This document shows, one piece after another, positions 29,014 to 43,229 of a DNA stretch of 64,000 bases. This stretch comes from Octopus vulgaris (lineage: Eukaryota), in assembly GCA_951406725.2 (NCBI GenBank), contig OX597831.1, positions 3,286,001-3,350,000 of the forward strand. The letters are read 5' to 3'. Made by a program: the position numbers and the translations under genes. The notes beneath the pieces are model-generated. The model was not told the DNA's origin. It searched no databases and was given only the letters and a program-made list of their open reading frames with translations. Every line of letters begins with the position of its first letter. Within the stretch, counting starts at the first letter, position 1.

Positions 29014-31067
29014 GTTTTTGTTGGGTGTGTTTGAACAATGCTGCCAACTTTGGTGAAGGCATGCCTAACATCATTTCTACTTATTCTCACTCCTTTCTCT
29101 TCTGGCTGGTTTAATTGCATGGAGTGAACATTAACATATATTTCATCTTTTGTTTCATTTTCTTAAGTTGAGATTTCTATTTTATTTTGATTTTTTTTTA
29201 TAGCATGAAATTATTAAATTATGTTTTTATTTCCTTTCATTTTTCCTTTTTTTCATCTTAACCTAAGATTTAATTTTTGTTTGAAATATTTATATGGTAA
29301 TAAATAAACATTGATATTTATTTTCATGTCTTCTTTTGTTGAAAATTCTTTGAATCTGTTGTGTAAATCCTAAATTTAAAAAAAAAAAAAATTTTTTTAT
29401 TATATTTTTTTTTAGCTAATAAGCTTTTTTTTGTTTTTTCATATTATAGATTTAAGTATTTGGTTTCATTTTTCCTAATTTATTTTTATTTAATGATCCT
29501 TTATAAATTTCCTTGTGCCTCTTATGCTTAGTGTGTCTTTAGAATTTAATCTATCGAAATTGTTAATATATAATTCTTTGTTTAGCAATATAATTTCACA
29601 AGTCATTTGAGAAGTGTTTCTTTTCTTCCCTTGATTCTAAGTCACTATAAGGGGAATAGATTTGGGCCAGTATTATACAGATCAATGCTGAACTTGTTTT
29701 CCTACAATCTGAAACTGTATTTGCAGCTCTAATTCTTTACCATTTTTGCATTAATGTCCTCTGCAGCACATGTTAATATCTTAGATTGCACCCGCTCAGT
29801 ATTGATGTTCTTTCCTACTCTCTCTCTCTCTCTCTCTTTCTCCTCAATCACTATCACTTTCCCTCTTTCTCTCTCTCTCTTTCTTTTCTCTCTAGCAGTA
29901 TATAAAGTATAATCAAAAGAAATTAGACAAATTAAGCAGTGTTATTCTTGTTTGAGTCTTCTTCTTATGCAAATATTTATATATCATTTAATACTTTATA
30001 TTTATCCTTCATTGTGGTAACTGTTCTCTTCGATTGGATATTTATATTTAGAAATTAGATGGACTAATTTTCTGAAACAGTTTATAAGTTTCTTTTCTTT
30101 GTTTGAGATATTAGGCATTGTCCAATACAGTTTTCTCTCTTATTACTTTGTTAAATCAAACCTTAGAATTTCAATTTTTCTAGTGAGTAATGTACATTTA
30201 AAATTATTTTCCAATTAGCTAATTACTTTGGTAGTTAATAATTTCCACTTGTAGGTTTAAATTTTCCTTTGATAGTTTCCATAAAATATTTTTTTTTTTG
30301 TTTTTATTCAGTTGTCACTTTGGAATTAGTTGTTCTGTTATGAAAATTTGATGTCTTTCTAGAATTTAGCGAGTTGATTATTTGCACTCATTTGAGGGTG
30401 ACAGTCTGATTTACAGTCAGATTGCTTATCCTCTACTCAGTGTTATATATGCAGCCAGCTTTCATTGGCGGCAACCATTTCCATATTGGGAAACATTTTG
30501 TGGATCTTTATAGTTTGGTATGCTGCTATGTCAAATTGCATACAGTACCAACTGCTAATTGTGTACATTTTATACAAGTTGTTGTTCTATATTTTACTTG
30601 AGATAAAAAACAACAAAAACATTTCACATCATACAAGAAAACAATTCTTTATTGTCAGCTGCTGTTACAATGACTTGTCAAAGATTTTACAAAATTTATT
30701 TTCATTCCGTTTGTGAAATGATTTAACTATATTTAACATCTGAAATGACTTTGAGGATGTTACTAAGATAAGACATTGACCCTGCCATTTGACTTGTGAT
30801 TATAAAGTAAAATTGAGAAGTATCGAGATAGATATTTAGATTTACCGTTTTTTAAAAAAAAGTTTCTCAATCTGTTTTGAAATGATATAGATTTAGCCAA
30901 ATGTACCCATTAATAGTGGTTGGGTGGGCGGGTCTTTTTCCCTTTCTTTCTTTTCTTTCCTGTCTAACAGTAGTTCTATAATAATTTTTCATTTTTGCTT
31001 CTTCCTCAGTCGGTGATCTGCTTTAGATTTGCTTTTACCTTTGACACACTCTTTCCTTTGCTTCTAG

Positions 31068-32255
31068 GAAGTTTCCATCGACAACAGAACCCTGCAGGGA
31101 TGCAGAATTATCCCCAGCAAAATGTGTACAATGGACCCAACCAAATGAGTTCGTTATCTGGAGGATCTTTGTATAGTAGTATGCCCATCAATAGAAATAT
31201 GTCCTCAGCTAACTACAATAGTGCAAGCTACCCACAATCTGGCAATATGAACTCACAATGTAGTAATTTTAACAGTCATAGTAGTACTGCAGTTTCCGGA
31301 GGACCAAATGTTCATGGAGGACCCTGCTCCAATATGCCAAACCATTCGATGAATTCCATGCAGCAGCAGCAGCAGCAACAAGCATCACCTCTTCCCTCGC
31401 ATCCTCACCCACCCCACCCTTCAACCGGAGGTGCCAACACCATGACCATGTCACCAAGTGGCCAGTGTGTAACACCACCTATTGTACCTGGAGTTAAAGG
31501 TGCACATGCAGCAGCGCAGGCAGCTATGATAGCTGCTGCTAATACTGCTGCTGCCACTCGTTGTCATCAGTTACGGACAGGATCATCTAATCAGCCAGCC
31601 AGAATGTATCCTCCAGGAATGGCACCTGCTGGTCCTTCATCCAGTCACATTGGATCAATGAACTTCTCTTCTGCCATCAACAATATTCCTAGTTCATCTG
31701 GTCAGTTTCCTTCTTCAGTGTCTCAAACAACAGTGCCTAATTCTATGACTCAACAATCAAATTCTTGTAGCCCAACTAGTCCCTCAACCAGCAGCACACA
31801 CAGTAACAACACCACTAGTGCTAATTCCAATCGAACATTGGATCCAATGAAACAAACTCCCTCTTCCTTGTCTAAAGAAGGATGTTTACCAAGTAACTGT
31901 GCCAGCAGTTTTAGTGCGATGATTCCACCGACAGCCAACTCGGGTATGGACGGCATAGGAATCCCAACCCAAGGTGATAGCACAGAGGAAGGCAAAGCTG
32001 TTGACGAGAACAGTGAATGTAACAGTGATGGCAGTCGCATCATCCCACCTGGTAGTCTAGATTCATCTGGTGTTGTTGGACCAACTGTTTCAAGTTCCAT
32101 GTCAACTCGCCATAGTTCTGCTGCTGGCCCAGCTACTTCCTCCTCAGTGCCTGTCAGCCAACATGTGTGCGTGAGCAGCCAGGCTCCTAGTTCAAATAAT
32201 TTATCCTTAGAAGACAGTCACAACACAACCACTTCTACTGCAAATTCTAGTGCAG
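31068..32255 (+). CDS. ARID1: ARID1/osa coding exon D (1188 nt, phase 1 to 1), S/N/P/Q-rich
   Basis: Lies in ORF 30995..32308, with CTTCTAG acceptor and CAG|GTAACC donor. Contains KGAHAAAQAAMIAAAN, similar to ARID1B KAQEAAAAVMQAAAN, and a Q7 run. Confidence 0.88.
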
Positions 32256-34373
32256 GTAACCAATTGCTTTGGTCTTGTCTCTTCAGCACAGCTTTTTGCT
32301 TCTGTTAGTCTAGCCTCTCTTTGACTCTTCTTGCCCATTTTGTTTTATTTTTCCATTGACAAATTCTTAGTTTATTTGATCCCTTTGAGTTATTCTCTGG
32401 CAGAAAACGTAACATTTTCACATTGACATCAGAGAAAAATCACTACAATGAGAACATGTCTTGCTTTGCTTTTTTTTTGTGTCCTTGGATGTTTTTTATT
32501 TTCATTTTTTGTTTATAAACTTCAGTTATGTGTGTGCATTAATACATAACTCAGAGTTGCTTTCTGAATGTTTTCCATTCTTCCTAGACTAGTCTCTGTT
32601 TTTTTCTTTTATTTTTTCTTCTAATGATTGGTGCATGGAATGTTGTTGTCAAGTTCTGTTTTGAGTTATTTTGTGCCTTTTGAGCAATAGTTAAGACTAA
32701 ATAGCTGGGAAAATAGTTTAGAAACCCCTTGTAACTTTCCTTGATTTCTAGGAACTGTCTATGTTGTTCAGTGGAATGAGCTGTCACTTTAAACGTGACC
32801 TGCAACTTTATTTTGTATTCTATTTTGTTTCTCTACATTTTGTCACTTTGTTGTGTTTTTCTTTGTATTCAAAGAACATTATTGTATTTGTTTTCGTATT
32901 TTGTTTTTGTATAAATTTGATTAAAAGAATTATTAATCTAGCTTTATTATTCTACCATAATGTGTAATTTCTTCTCGAATCGAAGCATTTTAGTGCATCT
33001 TTTTATACTGAAGCTGACAAGGAATATTTATTTTATCGAATTCCATTAATAATGAGCACATTCTCTATAATGCCTTCTAAACCTCTTCTCTTGGAAGTGG
33101 CTCCGATCACTTTATTTACAAAAATTCAGAGAATAAATTTACACAAATCATATTTTATGTCCAGCCATTTGTTATTCTGTGACATAATCTACATTGCTTC
33201 ACTGTTATTCTATAATAGAAGAAGAAAACTTGAGAATAAATTAAAAGTTGGATTAAAAATTCTGATTCCTTATATATTTTCAGTGTTTCCTGCAGCCTTT
33301 AAGATTATTTATCTTTTAATGCTCTCTAGTTACATAGTTTACTGCTAATTGATTCTGCAGCCAAAAAAAAAAGACAGCTTGTTTGTTACTTAAAATATTA
33401 AAAGTAAAGAAAGTTATGTGAAATTATTAGTTTTTTTAAAAAAAATTTTATCGTGGATCTGTTGTAAGTTTGGAATTATTTTAATAACTAATATTTTGTT
33501 CTCAACTATTTTAATATAGGCAAAAGACATATTTTCCACAATAACTTTTAAAATAATGTTTTTGCCATCCTGAATACTAATTATTTAATTAATTTTCTAT
33601 TTTATTTTCATTAATATCTGAAGATATGAAATGAAATATTCTTCATTCAATTTATTTTCTCTTTGTAGTATAATTTCACATATTGGTAGAATATTTAATT
33701 AGAAAAATTATATTTGAAATAAAGTCTCATTCAACTTTGTTTTTAACTTCTAACAAAACATTATTTATTATTGTCCACTCGGCTATTAGAATAGCTTTTT
33801 AATGATCTTGTTTTTCTTCATAATTTATTTTTATTAATTCATTTTTTAAATATTTTCTTGTAAGCTTAAAATCAAAACTGTATTAATTGACTTCATTGAG
33901 ATTTCAGCATTACTGATTGAGTTGTTGTTTGGTATTCATTCATTCATTCATTCATAAGTTCCCCACCTTGGAATCGACAGTTAGTCTCTTGTTTCAGAAG
34001 AAATCCACTTAGCAAAATTTGCCCAAAGCAGCTGTTGCTATTACATTAGATATGGCTTAAATCACTGCTAAGTAAGACCACTGTGCTCTGCTGCATCTGT
34101 GATTTCTTTGAAACTTGGCCCTTAGTTGCAGTGAAATTGTTTACTGTCAATTTAATGCAGAATCTTCTATCTTACGAAGTTTAAGTTCCGATCAGTTCTT
34201 TGGTTGGTTAATTAATTGTTAGAAATTAAAAAGGCTTTTATTGTTAGTTTTATTAAGAAGAAAGACTCCTGTTTTTGCTTAGTCCTTTTTATTTTTTATT
34301 GATATAAATTCCAGCTTAAATTTTTGATATTGATTTAATTGAGCATTAGCTACATGTATTTTGAATTCTTATA

Positions 34374-34603
34374 AGCACCAACCGATCGTGGCCAATGCCA
34401 GACCCCCCCCCTGGCACCTGTGCAGGTGGCACGTAAAAAGCACCCACTACACTCGCGGAATGGTTGGCGTTAGGAAGGGCATCCAGCTGTTGAAACACTG
34501 CCAGATCAGACTGGAGCCTGGTGCTGCCCCTGGCTTCCCAGACCCCGGTCGAACCGTCCAACCCGTGCTAGCGCGGAAAACGGACGTTAAACGATGATGA
34601 TGA
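34374..34603 (+). mobile_element. RTE 3'-tail repeat with 12-bp TSD
   Basis: Same family as 22785-23086. TSD TGAAT(T/C)CTTATA at 34362-34373 and 34604-34615. Confidence 0.93.
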
Positions 34604-35137
34604 TGAATCCTTATATACAAGTCCACAGTAAGGAGGAAATGGGGCACGCATTAACAATACAAATGACATGAAAGGGCTACACAGATGAATGAACATCAGA
34701 ACAAAGTTGTAGTCCCTATCGTTTTTATAGGTGTCACATTTCATATGCAAATAACATGTTGACGTGTTTGTGAATCCAAAACTTAAGTTTTTATGGAACT
34801 TGTGAAATAGTTTTAGGAATCAAAATAGCTTGTATTATTTTTGTTTTTGGTTATAATATAGCTAATGTCAGTTGTCATGTGATTATAAATCTTTTTATAT
34901 TTTTTAATAGGCACATCAAACTAGGTCCTTCACATTTGCTTGATTTAATATTTTTTTCATTTTACAGGTTAATTTGTATTTATTTGATTATTTACATAAA
35001 CTCAGTGTGTTTTATATATCTGGAGCTTAAATGAAACTGAGCTACTAAGCTTAATATGTTGGACTGTGTGACTATAAATGTATATTTTTTGAGTTACTAG
35101 GAAAACCTCAGTGTTTGGGTTTCTTTTGCTTCTTCAG

Positions 35138-35316
35138 GAAACACCGCCACAATGGTCACTCAAGCCATTACAGCTCCTGTTGCCAGTGTTGTGGAGTCTA
35201 TGAGTAACGATAGCCAACCAGATCTACTTTCAACATATAGCATCCCACCAATGGTGAATTCAAGTTCGTCAGGAAATGTAATGTCTTCCGATGAACCACC
35301 AGAAAAGAAGAAAAAG
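35138..35316 (+). CDS. ARID1: ARID1/osa coding exon E (179 nt, phase 1 to 0)
   Basis: TTCTTCAG acceptor and AAG|GTTGGT donor. NTATMVTQAIT...DEPPEKKKK; the phase fits both neighbours. Confidence 0.8.
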
Positions 35317-35531
35317 GTTGGTGGTACTCTTTTGCATTTATAGAGTTCTTTTTTTTGTTTTTTTTTTCATGCTTCCTTGATTGTTACCATGATTTCACTG
35401 TGATTTGTTGGAAGATTTTTCTCTTTATGAGTTTTGAATGCTTCATGTTTTAAAATAAGGGAAAATCTTCAGTGTGAGTTTTGTGTGTGTATGTGTGTGC
35501 GTGCGTGTGTAGATTTGTCTGTGTGTATGTA

Positions 35532-35572
<41 letters not shown>

Positions 35573-36466
35573 TTTTATGTATATATACACACTCATGCAT
35601 ACACAAGCACACACACACGCACATACAAATAACATCTTAATCCAATCTCTTGCTTTTTTTTTTCCTTAAAGTAAATTTGCTCTTGACTTTTTGTGTGAAT
35701 TTTTGCATCATAATTATTCTATTAATACTTCATTCTCAATTAATTCAGTCATTACATTGTGAGATTCTGAGGCACTGGCTTTTTACCTTCAAGCACAAAA
35801 TACACATCTTACAATTGAAACTTAATGCTGCTTTTTGTACTCAACTATAACCTGTTATAATTGTAACAATATATTTTTAATTTTACTAGTTTAGCCCCCT
35901 AAAAGTGTGCAGGTGTGTGTTTGGCTATATTATTAAATCCATGCAGTTTGTGTTAAGTAACTTCGACCAGATGTTGAGTATTGATTAAATGTTTTGTTTT
36001 ATCAGTACCTTTCAGTAGGACTACTCTAGCTATGCCACATATGATGAAATTATTTGGAAATTCTCATAGGTTCAGGATGGATCTCTGCTAATTAAAAAAA
36101 AAAAAGTCAAGTTCTGTCTTCAATATTTTGTAAATATTGAATCATATGCACTGGTTATAAAATTATACTCATGCACTAAATTAGATTGCTTGAAAAATCA
36201 AAACTGATAGTACATCAGTTACAGTGGAATAACTTACAGCACAAGCAATCAAAAACTGCAGACTATGAAGCTCTATATAAACGACAATAATCAACATTGG
36301 CTGTGGTGCTTTGATAGCATGGTGGCTATACTAAAGGTTTGAAGATAGACAAAAAATACTCTTGAGATGTCTGACCAGATGGTAGATTATATGAAGTGTC
36401 TGTAGCAAGCAAGTGTTATGGTCTATTGTAATCGTATTACAAGATCAGCAATAACTGGTAATGAAA

Positions 36467-36744
36467 TGCCAGCGCCGCCTCTACTGGCTTCCGTGCCGGT
36501 GGCACATAAAATACACCAATCCGACCGTGGCCGTTGCCAGCCTTGCCTGGCACCTGTGCAGGTGGCACGTAAAAAGCACCCACTACACTTGCGGAGTGGT
36601 TGGCGTTAGGAAGGGCATCCAGCCGTAGAAACTCTGCCAGATCAGACTGGAGCCTGGAGCAGCCCCTGGCTTCCCAGACCCCAGTCGAACTGTCCAACCC
36701 GTGCTAGCATGGAGAACGGACGTTAAACGATGATGATGATGATG
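36467..36744 (+). mobile_element. RTE 3'-tail repeat
   Basis: Two GGTGGCAC(G/A)TAAAA..CACC modules and a (GAT)5 tail; possible ATGAAA TSD. Confidence 0.92.
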
Positions 36745-38143
36745 AAACAATGTGGTCTGCTAGATATGCAGCATTTGTATGCTCAAGTAAATTACATGGA
36801 TTGTTAGAAAACATTAGTTGATGTTCATGCTTTAAAGCATGTTTGAATAAAAAGTATATGTGTTTGTGGATGCGTAGTAGTACGGCAAGATAATTTAGCA
36901 AGAAGTAATTAGGATAGAATTTGGCATTATGGAAGAGGTGATGTGGGATCAAAATGCATACAGGGAATCTGTTGCAAATTTGCTCACTTCATAACACTAT
37001 GCAAACAAATGCAAAGTAGATGTGTATGTCCACACATATATATGTTCTACTTCATTGAAGTTAATACTGTGAAATATATTGTTTTATTTTGAGGTAGGTG
37101 TTGTCTTTAGTGAATACTTATTAAAAGCACCGATTTCTTTTGAATGTCAGAAGTCCCTGAACTGTTTCTGGAAACAGTATAGTAATGCAACACATAGTTA
37201 GGGGTTCTTTGCATACGCACACACTAATATAATAAACAATGGATTTTTATATATTTTATAATATCTTGCCTAAGCAGAAAGCACAGTTTTTTGGTGGGGA
37301 GGGAATATAGTTTTATTATATAATTTCACATTTATTTTACCAACCTTCTGAGGGACGAAAGACAAAATTGACTGATTTCAGAAACATTATGATCTATAAT
37401 TGCACAAAAAAAAAAAATTGTTATAATTTTACGTAGCAATAAGATATTCTCAAAGTTGGTATTAGAATCTTTTTTTCTTATTATCTGAAACTCCCAATTA
37501 CACACACACACTCAAGAAGAAAAAAAACAAAACATGTTTTCCAACTGGTTTTCTTCAGTTTTCCCATTTAATGTATTCCTATGAATGTATGTGTAACAAC
37601 ACAGCCTACTTTTCATTCTACAGTTTTGTATCTTTCTTCTCTTTTTCATTCTTCTCTCTATCAAAAGTAATCTAATTTTATGTTGATACTGTCTATAATT
37701 TAGCAACAAATTTCTTAAAATTTGAAATAGTTTTGAATTTCAGCATTTTAAATGCTAACATCCAAAATTGTTACAAATTCCATTCTATACAAAAATCAAG
37801 ATATCTGGTATAAGAATTTCATTTAATGTTTTTATTCCATGAACGAATGCCATTAATTCTCTAACTTAATTTATATATTTTTCTTTCCATGTATGAGAGT
37901 AGATTTGTCTATTTCTATTTTTTTAAAACCATTTTAAATATGTTTGGAATAAATTTCCTCAAATAAATTAAGATCCCTGCTCTCATTTGTTAGGTATAAA
38001 TAACACTACATTATACCCAGTTGGGTTTTGTTTATTGATGAAGGCAACATTTGGTATTTTTCTTTCATTCTTCCATCCAACATTACCAAATTGTTGCTAT
38101 TTTTATAACGAGAAGGTTCAGTGCCAGTCTATGTTCATTCTAG

Positions 38144-38269
38144 GATTGTGTTTCACATCCCCCAACACCGACCAATCTATCCCAATCTCCAAGTGGAACA
38201 AGTGTGTCCTCCTATCCAGAGGAGATAGAGAACCTTAACAGTCCGACAAGCTGGTCGGTGGGCACTCCA
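38144..38269 (+). CDS. ARID1: ARID1/osa coding exon F (126 nt, phase 0 to 0)
   Basis: TTCATTCTAG acceptor and CCA|GTAAGT donor. SPSGTSVSSYPEEIENLNSPTSWSVGTP parallels the ARID1B pre-ARID segment SPGGAS.SS...SISSPGWPKTP. Confidence 0.82.
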
Positions 38270-40378
38270 GTAAGTGGGTTTGGGTTGTCGTCACTTGTTT
38301 CCAGGGGTTCATGCTTTTGGTTTTTACTCACTATATTGGTCCCATCTACTATTTTTCTTTTTCCTCTTTTTTTTCCCTCCTTTTCTCTTTGCTTTATTAC
38401 TGGATCTTATCTGGAGCTTGGTGCACGCCACAACCTTTTATGCCCTCCCATTTCCTGCTTCTATTGGCATTTTGTTTGTCATTCACATATCCCTGCTGCC
38501 ACTTTTGAGTTTTCATAACTTATTGGTTTTAGGTCTATTAAAACATATTTTGTTGCACATACACATAATGTTATATAATAATAACTAGTTAGTATATATA
38601 TATTCTAGTTGTGCAGTAATTTTTTTTTTTCATCCTTGCAAAGCACAGCAATTGTCATTTATCACACTTTATATTCATCTTATTTGTTTGTCTTCCCTCC
38701 AAAATTAAGTGTAAATGTAACTGTTTCTTCATCAAACTTATATCATAACTTTTTTAGTTATGTCTTTCCTGAAGAAGGCTAATAACATTAACAAGCAAAA
38801 TCATTATTGCTTAAATTTATATTTCATAGAAAATATGACTGGATTTCTTGAATTTTATTTTATGGTTAATTGTAAAATTACTTTCAAGAAGTTAACTTTC
38901 CATGTTTTTCATGCAAATTTAAAATTTCACACAAGATTCAACAGAATTAGTCATTAGTTTCTTTTAAATCTTTTTAATGCTATCATGATGGTGCATTATT
39001 AGAATATTGCACCGCAGAAATCTGGTCTCTTTTCTGATGTTATTGAGCAGAAATACCAAATTTTAATATCTACCTACCTCTAAGCTGGTCTGTTGGTATT
39101 GGATGCTAGTTACTAATAAGTTAACTCTGCACTTAATATTTCTGCTTCATCTCTGAAAATAAGGATTGGCCACTACTTTTCATACACTATGGTTATGTGT
39201 TTGCAAGATTGATGTTCATTGCATTTTTTTCCTCCAATTTAAACTTTTTGCTATTAACTTATATTAACTACAAAATAATTAAATTTAAAATATTAACAGA
39301 TATATTCCTTAATTTTCTGCTTATCACACTTTTTCCAATTTATTTTTCGATACTGTGAAATAAATGATTGACATAACTGAATTTTAAAAATAATAATAAT
39401 AATAATAATAATAGAAATTTTCAATAGTGTTTTTGTTGACATAATTGCATGCAAAATGTTTGCCATCACAAGTCTGTCATCTTAGATCACTTTCCATCAT
39501 CTCAAAACAACATTCTCTCTTTCTTTCTCTCTCTCTCTCTCTCTATATATATATTTTTTCCACTGTGTGTGTTTGTGTGATGCAAAAATAAGCTTTTATA
39601 TATTGGTTTGTCAATTAGATTTAGATATTGTATATGATGTATTATCTTGAGACAAATAACTTTTCTAATGAGAGAATATATTTTGTAAAATCTTAAAAAA
39701 AATGTATTTTAGTTACCTGAGTGTGAGTGCATAAATTGACTGAATATCCATCCAAATATAGGGATTTTCTTTTTGTTTAGAATTGTAAACAAAATGTTGA
39801 TGCTAGTTTTCTTTGAAATTTCGTCTGTTTTTGGAGTGACAAATAAGGTCTATAAGGTGTAACAGTGTCTTGTGAATGAATTAGAAAAGAAAAAGTCAAG
39901 TTATTTTCATTTTCCTTTGTGGTATACTGATACAGCATTTAGTTTTGTTTTCTCTCACTTGTATCAGTTTCAAAGAATTGCTCTAACAGACTGTACATCG
40001 TTAGAAGAAACTGTATTGATAGCTTCTGTTAGCCAAGTCAAGATATAGTGGAGAGTGAAGTACATTTATATTTATATTTATTACTCTTGGAAAAGTAATA
40101 AAAAGAAAACTATGATGTTGTTCTAGTAGTTTCCTTGATTTATAAATGAGGTATTATGTTACCTGAACATTAATCCAATCCAGTTTGTAATTATAGCATT
40201 AAGTAATTTCTGTGTAATGTTTGTGTTTTATCATATGGTTATTGTTATCGAAATTAGAAGTTCCCAAACGTGTTTAGGATGTTATTATATTCTCTGCTTG
40301 ATTTTACCAGCTAGTAATTGTTATCTAAAACGTTCTGTTCTAAAGTGATCATAAGTGGCTTCCACTATGTGTGTTGAA

Positions 40379-40427
<49 letters not shown>

Positions 40428-41763
40428 CATACATACATATATGCATATATGGTTGAGAATACAGATTTTTCTATTTACAAAACGGTATTGAAACAGAGCT
40501 ACGATCACAAAATTGATAATTTTTTAGTCTACTCATTTTTGATGCATTCATAAATATTTATTGATCTTAATTTGGTTTCATTGAGTTTAATTTTGGTACA
40601 TAGCTTCAGATTCCAGTCATAAATAAAACAAATCATTGAATCGCTCACAAACGTTAGCATATTAATTTAAGCCTAGATCTGATGTGTCAAGCCTTCCATC
40701 CATCTACACTTGCCTGCATTATATAACACCTTTTTTATTTTCAGTTTCTTCTCTGTTTTTGTTCATTACCATGCATGTTTGTCTTTGTATTTCTGTTGTT
40801 TGTGTTCAGTCTGTAAGGTGGATGGAGTTAGAAGCATTATAACTACGATGAGACTTCCGTTTCATTTTCTTTATTCTTCAAAAGTTTGTGCTGTAAAAAC
40901 AAAACTGTTCACAACATTTAACATACTCTATTCACACGTTTTGTTGTAGTTAAGGTATGACAACTTAAAAGTGGCTCTGTGGGTAGCTTCTTGTATCTTT
41001 CCTGTGATCACTGTCTTCTGCACTATATTCTTGATAACTGAAAATGGTCAGAAAACAATCTATTGTAAAAAGTCTGTAATGAAGTGAACACATTTTACTT
41101 GCATTATTTTCTGTTATATTGTTGTGTTTCCAAAGTTGCTTAGACATGTCTTCATTCCTGTGTCTGTTGGTCTTCTATGTATGTTTGCATTTAGTATGTA
41201 TGTGTGGATGCATGTTGTCTTCTGTTCTTTTCATCAGTTGGTTCACATGCTAAGATGAATTGTCTGTAAATATTTCAGGAGTTTTTATTCTGCTTTTTTA
41301 TTTGTTAATTCTTTCAACCAATTGAACTGTTTTTTGTTAACGATCATTGCAATCAAACCAGTACACCACAGCTTTTAGAACTCATTTTAGGTAGCTTGAT
41401 TTCTTATTTTTCTGTATATTCTGGAAGTTCCTTTCCTTCTAGATGTCTAATGTTACTAATGTTAACACTGCTGCTTTTTAATTTCTAGATGTTCTGTAAA
41501 AATCTGGAACATTTATCCAGATTAGTTTTGGATTAGCAGTTTATATCTGTTTTCACTATAATTTAATTTGGTTTTAAGATTCTAATGTTATGTTCATGTA
41601 CAAAACTGAACATTTTACTAAATTTTCCATTCTTAGAAGTTTCAATTTAAAACCTAAAATCTTTACACTAGAATGAAAGTGATTTTAATTGACAAAAAAA
41701 ATTTTTCTTATGTTAAGTACATTGCTCCATTACAAAGGTTTTGTGTGATTGTGTATGCGTAAA

Positions 41764-42647
41764 TATGAGGTAGTATCATAAAGTTCCTGGGCTAGTTCTG
41801 TAGCGCACCAACAGATGGCGGCATACATTTGCATGCACCACGAGAGCTAGCAGTGACCTTCATGAGGCAGTGTGCTGAGTGACATTGCAGTGTTTACTCC
41901 ATAAGATGTGAAATTTGTGATCACATGTATGCTGCAGTCTGTGATTTTAGGACGTTAGCACAAAAAGCCAATGTGAAATTTTACATTAAACTTGGGAAGT
42001 CTGCTACAGAGCAGACTATTGAGCATGTTTAAGCAAGCTTACGGTGACAAGGCAGTGGGTTGTACGCAATGTTTCAAGTGGAATGGGCACTTCAAAAGCA
42101 GAAGAATATCCTTGGAAGATATGCCACAAGTATCATCCCTGGAAATGTGGCATTGTGCATCAAGAATTTGTACCCCAGGGCCAGACTGTCAGTTGAGAGT
42201 TCAAGTGTGACATTTTGAAGTGGTTGAGGGAGGACATTTGATAAAAAGGGACAGGATCTGCAGAGCGTGAAGAATTGGATTCTTCATGACTACATTGCAC
42301 CCTGTCACCAGGCTCTCTTTACTTGTGAGTTTCTCACCAAAAACATGGTATTGCTTCTGCATCCACCCTATTCGCTAGATTTAGTAGCTGTGGACTACCA
42401 TTTCTTCCTCAAGATGAAAATACAGCTTGGCAGTTACTGTTTTAACAATGTTGTCAAAATCCAGGGCAAATCACTCGCTTATGGAAAACATCTTCCAGGC
42501 CGGATTCCAAAAGTGGCAGGAACATGGGGACCGGTTTATTGCTGCACAAGGTGACTGTTTGGAAGGAGATGATGTTAAAAACTTAGGAAAATAAGTCATA
42601 TTTTATTGAACATAACTAGTCCTGGAACTTTTTGATACCACTTCATA
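41764..42647 (+). mobile_element. Mariner-type (DD34D) transposon, internally deleted, with TIRs and TA TSD
   Basis: TIRs TATGAGGTAGTATCATAAAGTTCCTGGGCTAGT and ACTAGTCCTGGAACTTTTTGATACCACTTCATA. Remnants KLGKSATE, QAYGD..V...QCFKW..HFK, WILHDYIAPCH and HPPYSLDL..VDYHFF. Confidence 0.9.
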
Positions 42648-42939
42648 AGACAAATGATTGCATCAATTTGTAGGCAATAAATGCTAGGTCATAAAGATTT
42701 TAATTTGTAATCTATATCCTTTATTTTATAGATGCAGTTTTAATTACTGTTTAAGTGTTTAAATATTACTTATGAATTTTCTATGATATTTAATTTTAGT
42801 TAAAAATATTTCTAGTTGTTAGTTATTTCAATTTTTGCTGGTTAGTTTTAATTATCTGTTTGCTAATTGTTGATTTTTTTTTTTTTTTTTCTTGAAGATC
42901 TGTTTTTAACTATTCTTTTATGGTTGTTTTCCTCTGTAG

Positions 42940-43137
42940 AAACCTGGACAGACTGCCGACTTACACAAGTTATACACCATGGGGGATGAACCAGATAGAA
43001 AAACTTTTCTAGATCGGTTATTATATTTTCTAGAAGAGAAAGGTACACCTATAACATCAATGCCTCAAATCAGTAAACAGCCCCTCGATCTCTATAAACT
43101 GTACCACAGTGTAAAGGATAGAGGAGGAATGGTTGAG
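42940..43137 (+). CDS. ARID1: ARID1/osa coding exon G: N-terminal half of the ARID/BRIGHT domain
   Basis: KLYTMGDEPDRKTFLDRLLYFLEEKGTPITSMPQISKQPLDLYKLYHSVKDRGGMVE is the ARID1/osa signature. TGTAG acceptor, GAG|GTAAGT donor, 198 nt. Confidence 0.96.
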
Positions 43138-43229
43138 GTAAGTAGCTCTCTCTTAACAGCTTTTTATGTGTGTTACTACCTATGAATTGATCCAAGCTAT
43201 TTGGTATTAGCAGAAAGTTAACAGGCTCA

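Noticed and set aside
30995-32308. Standalone 437-aa single-exon gene
   Set aside because: It has a TTG start in a pyrimidine tract and internal splice sites in phase with neighbouring exons; it is ARID1 exon D plus intron read-through.
35296-35343. SV40-like NLS PEKKKKV with a short alternative C-terminus
   Set aside because: The V and the following residues are intronic. A basic cluster alone is not enough evidence for an NLS or a truncated isoform.
38270-38588. Hydrophobic, membrane-protein-like ORFs
   Set aside because: T-rich intron sequence downstream of the GTAAGT donor of exon F.
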